DNA of 53,898 nt, filler included, from Catajapyx aquilonaris (GCA_000934665.2; 2 parts of 2 records of this genome joined end to end with filler, not necessarily neighbours in it), one strand, 5' to 3'; shown: positions 1 through 18,911, numbered from the whole stretch's first letter. The notes: a model not told the origin generated them from the letters alone. Program-made: numbers and translations.

Positions 1-766
1 ACATTGGTGCAGGATATGATTATCCAGAGTTTTTGCAGTGTCTTTAATACTTTAAATTTATGCATCTTGTGCATCAACCAGTCACAAAACAGTTACTCTA
101 CAGTATATTCCAACAGCATGTAGGCATGAAGGCAATTTTGCAATTCACCAAAAGTTGTTACAGGGCAATTTGTTGATGCAAGAATACTTCAAGCTATGGA
201 GAACAATATGCAGATATTTTCTAGTTTAATATGATTGCAGAAGAAGGTGAGAGCTTCAATGGTAATCGTTCCCAAAATTACCGATTTTATATATTATTAT
301 GTAATTACAATAATTATAATTATAACACAATGCTTTTTTGGAATTACAATTATTGAGCTTGTATAATATTGCATAACTATTAACTTAATATCCCTATTAA
401 TATAAAGCTCAATATTTGTACATATATTTATTTATTTATCACGCCTATTTAAGTCACTTCCCGGGTACGGAGAGCGCTGAAATTTCTCACACCCATGTCT
501 TACCTAGAGGTGACCCCGGGAAAAGTCCCAAAACCTCACTTTCTTGAGTCTAAGGGCGGTTTTCAGCAGCCTTTGCAATTGCCTAGCAACCTTCGCTGTC
601 AACAACCAAAAGTAATGATCTTCCTTCCTAACTCACATTCGAAAATAACCTACATTGCATAGTCAACAATGAAAACAATAGAACAACGGGCAGGTTGGCA
701 AGAATAATATTGCAGCCGGTACACATATGGTATTGTAACAACAGTTGGAGTACTTTGGGGAGTGCC

Positions 767-1812
767 GAGATCAACAATACCGAACAATACAGTACTGCAC
801 AGTACATATCGATAGAACCTGCCACAATGCACCAGGAAAAACAAAAGGAGAGCAGGTATACGTATGTCCGTGTGTTTGGTCTCAGAAGTGTTGAAGGGAT
901 GCGTTCATGTTGAGATTGTGTTATCATCCAATATTTCAAAAAATTCCGATACAAAATTTTCAAATGTAATTTTAAAACCGGGGTTAATGTGAAACGGGGT
1001 AAACTGGAGCGGGGTAAAACGGGTACTTCCCATATATGAAATCTTCCTTGACCTTTTCACAACCAGCACGCTATCATAATTTTCAATTGATCATTGCGAT
1101 TTTGTTTATGGATCATGATTTCCGTGCTCTGGATATGTGATAGGAGACAATGAACATGGTAATAATTTTTCCCTGGGCCGTAAATAAAAAGCGCAAAATC
1201 AGACATTCACGATTCCTGGTGTTCTGAAATACGTAGCCTGGTTTTGATAATCGTTTACTGACTTATTGCAGTATGATTTACTGCGATCTGCACTTATTAT
1301 GAACGGGCTCCCAAGGCTCCCCATAAGGATATAGGTAGTACCCGTTTTACGCCGGTAATTGGTTCCCGCAAAACGCGGCGTAAAATGAAAAGAGGTCAAA
1401 CGAGACAAAATTATAATGGAAGGTTCCAAGATTTCCAAAATTTTCCCTGATACAGTGGTTAAATTGCAGTTTTTAATGCCGACTATTTCAAACATTTATA
1501 ATGCACGTATAATGGGAGGTTCCAGGTTAAGGGTCATCTGATTCTGAGACCGCTTTTCCCTTCTTTTGGCAAGAACTGCAGTAGACGTAGGGTATTTAAC
1601 AGACTTCGAAGGGTTCCGATGAGACCAACAATACGGTACTGTATTTATCGATAAAACCCGCCACAAGGCACCATGAAATACTAAAAAAACGATAGCATTA
1701 TTTTATGGTCGTGCGTTTGGACTCAAAAGTGTTGAAAATAATTTGTTTGCCTATGGCAACAGAATTTTGTGATTACCATAGAAACAGGCCGTGCGAAGAA
1801 GAGGTTCCACTG
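767..1812. repeat. Two diverged copies of a dispersed repeat (about 767-897 and 1621-1737) and a Tigger-like terminus
   Basis: Shared AACAATAC..GTACTG..ATCGATA.AACC.GCCACAA.GCACCA...GTG.GTTTGG.CTCA.AAGTGTTGAA; GAGGTTCCACTG at 1801-1812 is the reverse complement of a pogo/Tigger-like CAGTGGAACCTC end. Confidence 0.55.
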
Positions 1813-3704
1813 CTAGTGCAGTATAGTGCACAATAAAATGATGAGGTCAGCTAGGCTTGGGCTTACCGTGGTTATATCCAAAAGTTAACTAAATCTTAAA
1901 GTAGTGGAGATATTCTGAGACACTCCTGACTGAAGACCACACAGTGGTAACATTGCATGCTGCATGTCAAGAAAATTTCCACAGTTCTTAGCTGAATCTT
2001 GAAACACAGCAGAGAATATAATTATAGCCTACATGTACAATCGCACAATATATCATCCATATTTGGAGATTGCATTTTTTATTCAAAACTCTTGCACATA
2101 TCGCATGCACTGAAGACTGAATCGTGCTTCATGATGAAACATCCATTATTATCAGGGAAATTCCCTTGAAGCCTGTCTCCTGTAACTAATTATGGCCTTC
2201 GTTTGCATTACATCAGCTTACAATGTTACACCATTAGCTCTTGGTTACACCAAACACTTATAAATGTGGACGCAAGCATTAAGATTAACTGCTGCATTGT
2301 TGTAGCCTGTCAGAAGTTCAAAAGCTAGTCTACACTGAAATGCATAATTCCAGTGTTGGTTAGAGTACCGCCATGATTCTCTTGTTGTAATGGTCGCATT
2401 TGTCTTTGTAATGTACGCGGTACGCCAGTAACGCCACATGTTTTGCGTGGGACCATCCCGTGGGTACATGCGAGATGAAGGGAGATTGAGATGAGGATAT
2501 AAGGCGATGATATGAAGCGCCCTTGAGACTGCTGGCAACCTTGTGCGCCTCCCTCCCGAATCCTCCCCGATGAAAAAAGAAAAAAAGAGCGGCGCCGGCC
2601 GCCGCCGGCGGGATCGATAAACAAAAATCGGGCAGCAGAAACCGATCGAAACCGGCGGGGCGGGCGCACTCCGCCACTCGGCCCCGTTGCACTTATTCTA
2701 AATCTGTGCACAAAATAAGTTGGTCGATGCACTGCGCTCACATCGAACAATATGTGTACCGGTATATAATGCAGTGGGTCGACAGAAGAAAATGTAGGTT
2801 GCAATAAGCGCGCACGTGTGTGGTATTTTCTAGAAAAAAAAAAAACATTCATTATCATGACTTGTGTTTCACCTTGAAAGGGTAGGCGATGATCACACCT
2901 GCGACCACCGATGCGAAATATTATGCAATGCGTCAGTGCACTGCGCGATGAGCCAAATGTAAAAAAGCAGTAAACCTTGCGAAATTACTTCACAGGACTG
3001 TACATACCGGAACCGAGTTGGTGCTAGCCGTGTTGAGGATTGCTGTTGCAGCCTGAAGAAGGTGTACGGACTGGCGCCTGGATGACCACCTTGTCATTCC
3101 TCCTGGTCGGAGGCTCCGTACAGGCGCGGCAACCGCTGCTTCCGCCGCCACAACTCGCAGGGAACGGCGAATAGCATCGCGGCTATTAGGAGTAGCTGAT
3201 AGCTTTAGCGCGCATCTTGCAGATCTTAAAGATACGGTACGTTTGACATGTTTAGAACTTTACAATTCACGCGAAAGTTGACTCGATTTTTGTAGTGTAA
3301 ACTTACAAGCAGTATTATGTTGCATATGGATCCGTCCTTTACGCCTGAAAGGTGGTACTGAGCGCTAAATATGGGTTGCTGATGTTCGATGCCAGTTGTT
3401 CCAAATAGAGGGTTCCAACGGGCCGTTCCCAATTGTGTAGAACCATTCCAATCCACAGATTGAATAGGGGATAATCGTCCTAATATTGGCAGATAAAGGT
3501 TTTACCCGATAAATGTAGCTGGCCATTAAAAAAAAAAGCTTGGAGCAAAAAGAATAATCGCCAACTAAGACGGGTGTTTCCATATTGGAACACCCTGTAT
3601 TTTGGAATACACGAACAAAAAACGGCATCTCCGGGCTGTTTAATAAATTGAATGACTCCATAGAATAAGGCGCCGTTAATTATCTAGCAAAAGTACGAAT
3701 TCGA

Positions 3705-3795
3705 CATTTTGCTAAAATCTGATTATGGCCTCTGCCTGTCTGCCATCACCTGATGGCAGACAGGCAGAGGCCATAATCCCGATTTTAGCAAAATG
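3705..3795. repeat. Near-perfect palindrome/hairpin upstream of AK2
   Basis: 28-bp perfect inverted repeat 3721-3748/3751-3778 with a 2-nt spacer, plus a 15-bp outer inverted repeat 3705-3719/3781-3795. Confidence 0.9.
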
Positions 3796-4279
3796 GTGCC
3801 ATCAAGTGTTGGGTCACATTCTGACGAAACGGCGAACACATGGCACAAGTGGCGTCCGAGTTATAACGGAAAATCAAAAGGCACAGTATTAGCGGTTTGC
3901 AGTTTTTTTGTTTTTTTTTTGCTATCTCCTGTAGGCTGTAAAATTAGGAAAATGCTGAATTCTTCCTTTTGTCAGATTTACGACGAAGATACAGATCACT
4001 GAAAAATAACGCAGAATAACTGGACAATCATGAGTGGAATACCCTCCAAATATTTGGTTTCGCTGACCACCGGTTGAAAGAGCTTTTGGGGAGTGTGCTA
4101 CTCGGACATCGCGCTTGACCTTCTCCCAGTGGCTGGTGGGAGTGGCGACCTCTTCCGCTGAGCGGCTCATCTTGTTGGGAAATTGTCCTGACGTCACACA
4201 CTGTTATCGAACAGCTCTCCTCCTTCCTCCCGCTCCCTCCCTCCCTGCTCCCAGCCACCCCTGCCTCTTCCCTGCCAAC

Positions 4280-8566
<4,287 letters not shown>

Positions 8567-9169
8567 GAAGGTTGCAGGCCATACCTGATATTATCAAAAA
8601 TGATAGCAGTCATGTTTATTGTTTGATCCTGGCTGTAGACAGCAATCATGTCTTTTCCACGCACACCTGTCTATTTTTCTAACTTGTCCATAGAAGCTAG
8701 GGACCATTAGAGGAAATGAAGAATTGTCTTGATGTGACTTCTTTTTTATTACCAAATAAACTCCATGAGCCTCTTTCCCAATCACCCTGCCATGCATTCC
8801 TGCCCAATTTGTCCACCAAACCACCTTGATTCCCTTCCCTTTGCCCTGTTCCACACATGAATATTTTATGCTCAGCTCCAGCTACTTTAATATCCCATCC
8901 CTCTTTCATTTTACAATGAATTGGAACTACACTGTACTCCTGATTATCTGGGTGCGGATTATTATCCATGCATCCCCAAAAATTAAAATGTAACATTACA
9001 GTCTGAGAAAATGTGCCGAATTTTTGTCTTGCTACTAGTAGGTACTGCTAACTTAGCAGTACCAGTGCCAACACTGGTACTTCTAAGTTGCAGTATCTAG
9101 CAGGGGGACGAAAATTCCACCCACTGTCAATATGTCTCAGCAGCAAGACTTTTCCTAGAAGACAAAGTA

Positions 9170-9170
<1 letters not shown>

Positions 9171-9205
<35 letters not shown>

Positions 9206-9546
9206 CATCATTATTATCCAGGTAATGCACGAACTCAAGTTATATGGCACGAACCTTTATTATTCATATCACATTAGTATACGTCAGGACCTGATAGCGA
9301 ACCGCCTGGGCCCTCGGGCAGGGCGACTGGGAGGGGATGTGCAAAGTGCAAGTGCAATGTCTATAATGTGGTACATTTTGTGAACTCTCCCGGCTGGATT
9401 AGTCTTATCGGAGATTCCACCCAATACAAAGCCAGAGACGACCTAACTATGCACGAGATGAAGGAGGGAATGCCCGGGCTTGGGAGTGAACCTGGGACCT
9501 TCACATTTGTGGGCGCATACGTTACCGCAGCGACACTCCGACCCCC
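9171..9546 (-). mobile_element. tRNA-derived SINE (copy 1)
   Basis: Homologous along its length to 39700-39939; degenerate A/B boxes on the minus strand; ends in an (ATT)n tract. Confidence 0.75.
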
Positions 9547-12500
9547 CGTAGAAGACAAAGTAAAAATCTATGATAAGTTTTATTATTTTGATTCAACCAA
9601 GCAGCACACACTATAACCTACAGCAGTACAAGTACCTTAAAAACTTGTGAATAGCTCATTTTTTACTATTCCTAGGGCAATTTTCCGATTATCCGTGTTT
9701 TTCGATTATCTGGCAACACCCATGCAGTCATTAGCCCGGATAATCGGGATTACAGTGTACAGTAAATTTAATTGGAATGGGGCTGCCATTTTTAAGAAAA
9801 ATGAGTGCTACGGTGCTACTGTGGGCAGAGATGGCCCTTTGGGCGTAACATCCCAAGCACTATGAAAGTTGGAGGAGTGTTTCTAACCAGCACTGCTGCG
9901 GTGTTGCTTTGTCTTAGTGGAAATTGCTCTTTCTGCTCCAACTTGTTTTGGCAACCACTGGTTTGTGTGACTTCGTAGTGGTATTGCTGCGGTATGGTGT
10001 TGCTGCTTGTTATGGACACAGGTGTACAGATGTTTTATTGATGTTTAAAATTAGTTTGCTGTGGTAACAAAAAATCAGCAAGGATGGGTAGCAAAACAAG
10101 CATAACAAAACAGGAAGAGCTAGTGAACCTCCACACTGTGAGTAGGCTATGACCCTAACAGTAACTGCATCTCGGTCATGATGTGTGGTCATGTACATCA
10201 TAACTGGTTTCAGCGTTGTGGTCTCGAACCAAAGGTGGCTATTTGTGGAACATCTAAGCAAACTGTCACAAGTGCATGAAGTTCAAACTGAGTTATTGCA
10301 TGTATATTTTATCTAAATGCAGATTGTATGCGAGTGTCAGCATAATTACCCCAGAAATTAAATTAGTAAAATCTGTGATTTGAAACTAGACGTTGCATTT
10401 CCTCCCCTGTCATTTGAGCAGAATATTCAGTGCCTCGGAGGCAATCCCAATTCTTGACAGATACAGTACATACATGGTGTATGTATGTAGAAGTAGGGCA
10501 ATAGGCCCTTGATATTTTGGTGAATATATCATAGATAGCTGAGGTTACAAATGGAAGTGACATGGCCCAGAAATGGTTCCTGTCTATCAGGGTAATAGTG
10601 TTGGGGCCTTTAAAAGAATAAAAAGTATATTAGGACCGGAAGCAAATGAGACTGATAGTTCAATAAAATGAACTTGTAAGGCCTACTCCATTCAGGTAGT
10701 ATGCTGCAGTGATTTACTGTAGTTAGTGATAGATTTACAAAGAAACCTGTGTATAATGGGCCCTAATTCAGTGGAAACCTTTCCATTGCAGAACCTGGGG
10801 CCAGTGGCAAGAATATACAGTCCATACTGTACCGTATATTGTAGGTGTTGTGTAGTGTCATATTTTCCTGAGGCAGTGCCTTTTAATTGCCACTTTCCGC
10901 TGGCACAATAACACTTCCAACTCATTCAAGAGAGAAATATGTTTTACTCCTTCAATTTTCAAACAACGGATTAGTGGCGGATGCGAGGGGGATTATTTTT
11001 GTTTCTAATGCAGTAAATAAAAAGGTTATAAGGTCCATAAAAGGTTGAATCCTGTCAATGAATGTGAATGATAATATGATGTATAATAACAGTGTTTTTA
11101 ATCAACAACGTGTGCGTAATGATAAGGCCTGTTTTGCAAAAGTCGAAGAGGAAACTGGTAAACCTTCAACCTTTATATTTCGTTTCTTCATTGTTTTCTG
11201 TTGTGTATCTATTTGTAGTATGTTCGGCAGGGAAAAGAACTATATACCAGGATATTAGAATCTATATGTAATAATTATGTTGAATGAAGACCCATGATTA
11301 CATTTTATTACCTGAATGAATTCCATTTTATCAGCAATACTGCTCCAATAATTCAAATGTAACATAGCATACCGTTAGTACATTATTAGAAAAATTAATA
11401 TTCATATGAGATGCTAATAACATGCATGATTAAAAGGCTTCTTCACCAAGTTTTTTCCCTTTGGTATTTGGTTCTTTTTTTATTTCACTTGACATGCGTG
11501 TAATTTTCAAACAAGCGTAAGTGACTTGACGAGAATGGCACGAAGGTCACATGCAACTCTTAAGGGCCATGCTGAGAGTCCAATTGGTTTAGATCGAGTG
11601 AGAAAAGAAAGTGGTTGCTCTGTGTATTCTTGCATGGAGATAGCATACATTTGTCACTAATATTTGATGCAGTAAGGCTATAATGGCATAAAAAAAATTT
11701 TAAGAACAAAAGTTTTGTTGCATAAATCCCAGATTGTCAGTAAGGCTCTGAAACGCATAAAATCTTATTCAAACAAAACATTATCTCTTTCGAGACGATA
11801 TAATGGGTTCATCTGACCGGCAAGGAGTGCTTCATTTGTTATGCTCTATTTCATTAAAGATTACATTATTCACTCGACACCCGAAATAATTATGCATAAT
11901 AATGGTGAAATAGCTTTGCATTTCTCAATCACAAGTATATGGCTGAATGACGTTATCTTTTACCTAATAAAAATGCCGTTTCCATTAATTAGGTCATTAG
12001 ATATCCAGCTGCTGCACTTATCACTTCCATTGTTATAATAAAAATTTCGCTTTTGGTTGAAGTGGAATAAAATCACTGGGGACCAATAGAGAATATTGTT
12101 CACACTATAATTAGCGAGGATCGGAGACGAATTAGAAGGCCGAACCTTTAACCACTAAGCCACCGTGACATTAATTATTGTGACATGATATTTACAAGCA
12201 GGCTGTGAGAGCAATTATTTGACTTGAAACTCCCGTTGTGTTCTTGCGTATCCAATTTTCGTTTTGTTCAAAGTATCTAATAAAATGCCTTTGGAGAAAA
12301 TGGGCGGGCTGCTTTTGAGCCATACTTAGCGAAAGTGAGAAGAATCTTTTCTGGTTATGGAATCTTTTGTCCCCCCGTGAAATTGCACTAGCCGGGTGCA
12401 CTATCCCATTTCCTATTGAGACGCCAAGCATATCCGCTGTGCAATCTTATTCAATAACCACTACCGGTCGTAATGCTGGATAATCGTCCAAGTAATGGCC

Positions 12501-15449
12501 ATTAACATCGCATTGTCTCGAGCTCTACATTTCACATTATACATTTTTTTTGCATTAGAGCACCACACCCGATTTGAACTACAGATCATTGCTCCATGGT
12601 ATTATTGGAAACCTTTTCTTCCTGACATTTTCTCTATCCCGTCCAGCTGTGTAACAGTTAAACTGCATAAAGATTACGGTCGACGATAGGGGCGCGTTTA
12701 TTATCCTTCTGGCGGGCAAGGGAAAACCTATCTGTGCAGTGCGTGTGTGCGAACGAGTGGGAAAGTGAAATGACAAACCGACCCAGACTCCCGACAGCCT
12801 GCTGCTGCACGAGTGAGGCTCGATTTCAGATTTTCACTCCTCCCGAAACCTTCTTTTCTATTTTCTTTTTCCTCCACTTTTGTCTCCTCCCAACTATGTA
12901 TGTATGCCTCTTTGGCTCACCGGAACAGGACCCTTTTTTTCTCTCTGGAGGAGATTGATTGCCTCTTTTACAGAACGGAGGATATAGAAAGAGAAGCGGA
13001 TTTATGGGGTAATTATTATCTCTGACACCATCTCTGCAAACTGATGGGAATCCATGTGGGAAGGCTTTTGCTGGATGTGTGTGTGTGTATACCCCAGGAC
13101 TCGGGTCCTCACGCGAACATGTCAGAACCGACCAAGAAAGTCCTTGTTTTAAGTCCTTATCCATCCATCCAGGTACTACCTAGGAACAGCAATATTTTGC
13201 CACTGAATAATGCTATGATGCAATGATGTATAATTAGGAGGCTTCCTGCCATTGTGTTCATCGAGATTCTCTCTCTAGGCTGCAGCTACGAGGCCGATAG
13301 AGAAACACGCGCTAATGGGCATCGGCACGTACTTACATTTCCGGAACGAAAGGAAAGACTAAATTATTCTTTAACCTCGTTTTCACTTTTTACATCCGTC
13401 ACTGGACCTCGCCCGTATCGTTTCATCTTTGGTGGGCACCCATCATTTGGAATTGCTTCATCTTATTGTTCGATTTTCTTTCGGTGTGTTCACATGTGGT
13501 TTCATTGTTATTAGGGGAGTGTTTGTTAGGTACAAGTAATATTACACTTATCGCACTGTAAAAATATGCCCTGTGCGATATGGCAACTTGTTCAACCTTC
13601 CAAAATTATAGTGGAAGCGTGCCCATTGGCTGATGCGTTCTGAAATCCATATCACTCCAATAGCCAGATAGCCACAGATGCTTTCCCTCCATCCCACTCA
13701 AACAAACCAAAATTGCAGCCGTAGCCTACCTTTACACCACATAGTAGACTGGCCATTAATGCCACAACATGTGCAGTTTACAGCCGTATCACTATATTGA
13801 TATAGCTTGCAACAACTGCAGGACATGACACTATAGGCCTACTCTTTGCGGAATTACTTTTTCTCAGATAGTATTATTAGTATAGGTATAGCTAGGTGTC
13901 CTTATTTTACGTTTTGGCATGCGTGTGATACTCTATCTATATCATAACGGAACGCCTTACACAATCTTTGTAGTCGAGTATTGTATATCAGAATGAAAAC
14001 ATAAATTGCGTCACTTAGTGAAGTATTTTTATTGGGGATTGTTCCATTTTTACCTTGATGGGGTGTACCGCTTTTTTCTTCTAAATATTGTGTGAAGGGG
14101 TGATAGAGATTGGAAGTCGGATAGTTATGTGACATAAAATTATTTAGTTCCTGTGTTTGCAGGAAAGTACGAGACTTTCACATCATGAACCCAAAGATAA
14201 GGGTCTTATTTTGCCTATAAAATTATAATATCTTGGGCGTTTACGGTATATTTGGCCAGGTCATATAAATGCATATTAGCCACATTTTCTTTTTTTTTTT
14301 TCAAAAATGATATACCAAAATTTTTCATTTTGAATTTGGAAGAACTCATTCCTATAGGGTTTCAATGCACTACTGGAAGAGGCACAGTGCCAGGCACAGA
14401 CATTTTCCTGCATGAATCGGTAGGTACGGTACCTTCTTATTTTATTTTTTTCTATAGCAGGCAGTTACTGCAGCTCGTTCGCTCGAATATTTTCTGCTAC
14501 TGAAAAAATCCAATTATTCCATTTGTAACATTTTATGACAGGGGACTTAATTTGCAATGCAATGAATTTTTTAACTCGAGGACTGGAATTATTTTTTCCC
14601 CTCCTCCCTATTCTCAGCTCTCAGGTTCGAGACTTCACCGCGTGGCAGTGACATAAATCTTGACTGATTGGCGCTAGGCGGGCGCATTTGAATGACATTC
14701 ATCATTGAATGGCCTTATATTGCATCCTATCAACAGCAGCATCTCACGACTTTTCCTGCCAAAATGAAGCAACCAATTCCTAGATAGTGCATAGAATGTT
14801 CACCCACACTCCCACCTCCAAGCTGAGATTTTTTGTAGCTGTCCTTGGGTTGAAGTCGGAACCCAAGACAGGAAATAATTATCATGAATTTCTGCCCCCA
14901 AAATATCAGTGTATACTTCAAGTCAGAGATTTGATTCTTTAAAAATATGCCGGTTTTGTAACTTTCAAAATTACACCCTCCACGGTCCCTGAATTATTGT
15001 ATTCTCAGATCTCACTTGCCACACAGCACGTCGAATATTCTTATTATTTTGTGTTTGACTGAAAAAAATGAGAATCTTATCCAGGAATTTCACCGAAGTC
15101 AAGAATTTACTGAGCCTTCACAGATGCCATTCTTACGACAATACCGTACGGTATATGCCCTGCGGTTGTGATTTTCGGGAATATTTTAGAGCACGTTTGT
15201 GTGCATATTTGAAGTTTCTTTTTAAAGAATGAGACTATATCTATCCAATCTGTCGTGACAAATATCAGGAACAATAATTATGGCGTCCCAGTGAGAATAC
15301 TCGAGCATTTGAAAGTCGGGAATAATAATAAAAAAAACAAGTGTAAATGGATATCATAGACTGGCCAAACAGGGCGGTTTTATTGCTTGAATTGATTCCA
15401 GCCATGTCAAATGGGAACCGTGAAGTAATTCCGGTGAAGTAATGGGGGG

Positions 15450-16190
15450 GGGGGGGATGCTGTAAAGAGCGACGTAAAAAGGGACGTATTGAGCAGCAAT
15501 TGCATATATTTATTATTATGACAACAAGGCGGAGCAGGGAGGGAGGTAGGGGGCTGGACCACAAACGTGACGAAATGAGTCTCCGTAATAAAGGCAGTCC
15601 TGAAAGCGCGACGATACAGTAATAAAGCAAGGTGCAGCGGGCAGCGGCGACTGACCTCCTTTTTCTTCAATGCACCCCCCTCCTCTCCCCAACAGTCTCC
15701 TTTGATGCCCGACCACAATTTCCTTCCCCGTTAAACCGGCCGCATTTTTTTACCAGTTCAAAACCCTCTCAATGTTTACTGGCCCTGTTGGCAACCCTGC
15801 CAAAGGGCCACGACCGCCGCCATCTTTGTTCGCTTGTCCGCTCCGTCTGCTCGGATTGGGTTTCAGCGCATGCGCACTCGGGGTGTACGTGCGGAGCGGA
15901 ACAAGCGAACGGCGTGCGCGGGAGTGTGTGCGCAGAGAGTCCGAAGCGGGGGCGAAAGGAAGATCGCGGTGAGAGGATTCCCCTCGTCCGATTCCGGGAA
16001 TAAATTTCGGCGGACAAATCGTTACCCAGCGGGTCCTAGGTGTGCTCCAGGTGCCGGCCTTAAGGTGGGTGAGCATACGCAGGTGGAGGTATTCAAGGGT
16101 ATTGCCGGTGTGGGTTTGGCGTGCGAAAAATTTGGCACGTTTTTGGCGTAGGGATGGCTTTTCTCCGCAGGGGTTTGCGAGGTAAGGGGA
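15450..16190 (+). promoter_or_regulatory. CpG-rich promoter / probable non-coding first exon, plausibly of ZNF706
   Basis: GC/CpG-rich island with an NRF1/Ewg-type palindrome GCGCATGCGCA (15866-15876), reverse CCAAT (GATTGG 15854-15859) and a donor GAG|GTAAGG at 16182. An acceptor TTTTCAG at about 21893 precedes the ZNF706 ATG. Assignment to ZNF706 is inference. Confidence 0.5.
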
Positions 16191-18656
16191 CAGGAGGGTG
16201 GAGGGTAGAGGAGAAAATAATGGAAGGCAGGGTTGGAAACAAGAGGTGCACAACAGAGTTTGCACGTCGGTCAGGGACAGGTTGGCCACTGCACAGGTTG
16301 TCCTTCCACTGACAGACCCACTCTCTTTTTGAGGGCATGCCACATGGCTTCCTGCAGTCACGGGAGGGGAAAAAATATTGAGTGCTGCTAATCATAATGC
16401 CGGCTAATAAAAGGGCTTGGTGGTCGTGCAATACTGGGTCATGAAATTTGCTTGGCCTGCATTACTTTCAGTCAATTTTTCAGAGCAGGTATTTTGCCGG
16501 GTTTGATGTATGAGTACGTGGTACATTTGACAGTGGCAAAGGTGAAAAATTAATATTACGTTCATTGTAACATTGGTTCTTGGTATTGGGCAATGTCGTG
16601 TAATACATTGGATTGCAGTGGGCTATTAAGGAAACTCTGTCATTAGCCTGCTTGATTAATGATCGCATTTGATAAGTTGTGTCAAGTAGTCTCATTCTAA
16701 TTGGATAATTTCAAATGTGTCTCTGGCACGATGAACTATAACAATGAAGTAAATGTGTCATGGTAGCCATTTCTCCCTAAAATACATAGCTTAAAATTTA
16801 TGAAATGAGGTGCATTTGTAGCAAAGTTTGATGACTAAGCCTCACACTTCAATGGCAATGATGTTATGTGAGTGGCATTTTAAAATTGCAACATTTTTGA
16901 ATAAATAAATTTGCAGTACATTAGAAACAGAAAAGTTCGTTGCAGATACGTATGGTGGCTTGGCTTTTGAAAATCATAATGCAAGGGTACACTGAAAGTT
17001 TCGCAGCTTCAATGGACATATTTCAGCTAAATTTTGTGGCATGGACCAGCATTGAATGGAAATTGCGTATTGGATATGTATGGAAAAGATGCGTGCTGGC
17101 AATTGGACTAAGTTTAGCCAGCCTTGCTCAATTCTATATGCATGCATATGCTGTGCACACTTGACATGTTAATCATGTTGCATGATGTATTCCATATTTT
17201 TAACTGAGACGTTTGTAGAGTTGTAAATTTGTTGGGGAGGTGTAACACTTGTGAGAATTATAATGTGGCTACTGCGTAATGATTCAAATACCAATCATTT
17301 ACCAACTTTCAGCCCTTGTTATTCATTTGATATTCCAATGCTATTGGGGTAAATAGAAAATTCTAGTGTGAAGTTCGAGGGGGGGAAGTTGCAGCTGGAG
17401 TAACTCCCAAGCCTAGGGTGCCTTTACAAATTAGCTAAAACATGTACAAATGCATTAATTCACTGTTTTAATACTGTGGAGTGAAATAAAGTCATTGGAG
17501 GGGGAATTTAACTGTTTCATTGCACTGAGATAATGAGGAGGATTTGGCTGGTATATAACACTGGTACAATGCATGGGACCAGGTTCCTTTGAAGTGCAAT
17601 TTTTTGAATACAATGAGAGTAAAGGGCCAACCCATTGCCCTTGATTTTGTGTCCAATTTGACGGTACTTTTCCCATAAAATTAACATTGGCAGTGAAAGG
17701 TAAAAATGAAACAAAAGAAATGTAGGGAAAGTGTTACCCTTTATTATGAAGGTAGAAGTTCCAGCATTATCCCTGCTTATGTTTATCTAATTGGACCATT
17801 TTATGTCCATTGTGCTTGGCCTTAATTCTCCACAAGAAGTAAGGTAATTATTGATATAGTGAGAAACAATATCAGAAACATTGTTATAGTGCTGTCTTGT
17901 ATTTTAGTTTATTTGTTGCTGTGTTATATTTCACATGGACAGATTGTACTTGTTTGCAAATTTTTCATAATCACTGTGGGCCTGCTTTTATATTGTCATT
18001 GTTTTTACAACTGATATGCCAGAAGAAGAAAGTGGCATTGATTGTGGCTACTAGATAGTAACTCTCCAACTGCAGAAATGTGCTGTCTAAAAGAATGAAG
18101 ATTTGGTATGGAAGGGCCAATTGCACTAGTTGCTCCTATGCACTTTCCTGCTGCAGCTTCTACAGGCACACCCAGTAGGATGGGTTGGTGCAATCTGTCC
18201 TTATGATTTGTACCTCTTTTGTTTTAGTGACACTAAGGGCAAACTTTTTGTCTGACAGAAATTATCATAATATCACTTGCCCCTTGGGAAACAGTGATAC
18301 CAGTATATAGCAGCATTGTTCTATTCGGGGATTTTAAAAGTACAATGGACAAGTTTCTGTAACATCTGACAATGCATTGAAAATTCATCAGCTGAGACCA
18401 AAGAAATTCCTCCTTGATAAGTTTTGGCTACATTCTGGGTCCCCCATAGCAGGTGTCGCTGAAGTACTGTACAGTATATTGATGCATATGTATTCCTCAT
18501 CTACTGTTTGGTCTGTCAATTGAAAGTCTGTAGCTTGACCGTACCATGATATCATTTAAATGATTAGTTGGAATGGTAAGTTACCGTGGCTGTCTCGTCT
18601 TAAATATTATTCTTAGCAGAGCGAGATGATGATGATGCGGATGATGAATAAATATC

Positions 18657-18911
18657 GAGGGTGAACGGTCAGAAGGGCGTATGAACCTGTAAGGGAATTT
18701 TACATGAGAGGGGAAAAAACATTTCATGATTTCAATATTCATTATAATTTTGGTACTTTTTTGTGCAGCACAATCTTATCTGCATTGAAACGTGTGTGTG
18801 CTGCACAAAAAAGTTCCAAATTATAATTAACAATGAAATAATGAACCGTTTTTTCCCTCACATGTAAAATTCCCTTACAGTTTCATATGCCCGTCTGACC
18901 TGTCAACCCTC
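18657..18911. mobile_element. Fold-back MITE
   Basis: GAGGGT...ACCCTC ends with about 115-bp inverted arms (CTGTAAGGGAATTTTACATG / CATGTAAAATTCCCTTACAG; TTTTTTGTGCAGCACA / TGTGCTGCACAAAAAA). Confidence 0.85.

Noticed and set aside
12974..13110. Tachykinin-like peptide (KR-SGFMG-TR across a putative splice)
   Set aside because: No amidation G-K/R, no signal peptide, no repeated peptide copies; likely chance.
15632..16431. Overlapping 100-200 aa ORFs in the GC-rich island
   Set aside because: Expected from GC content; no recognisable domain; the region looks like a promoter.
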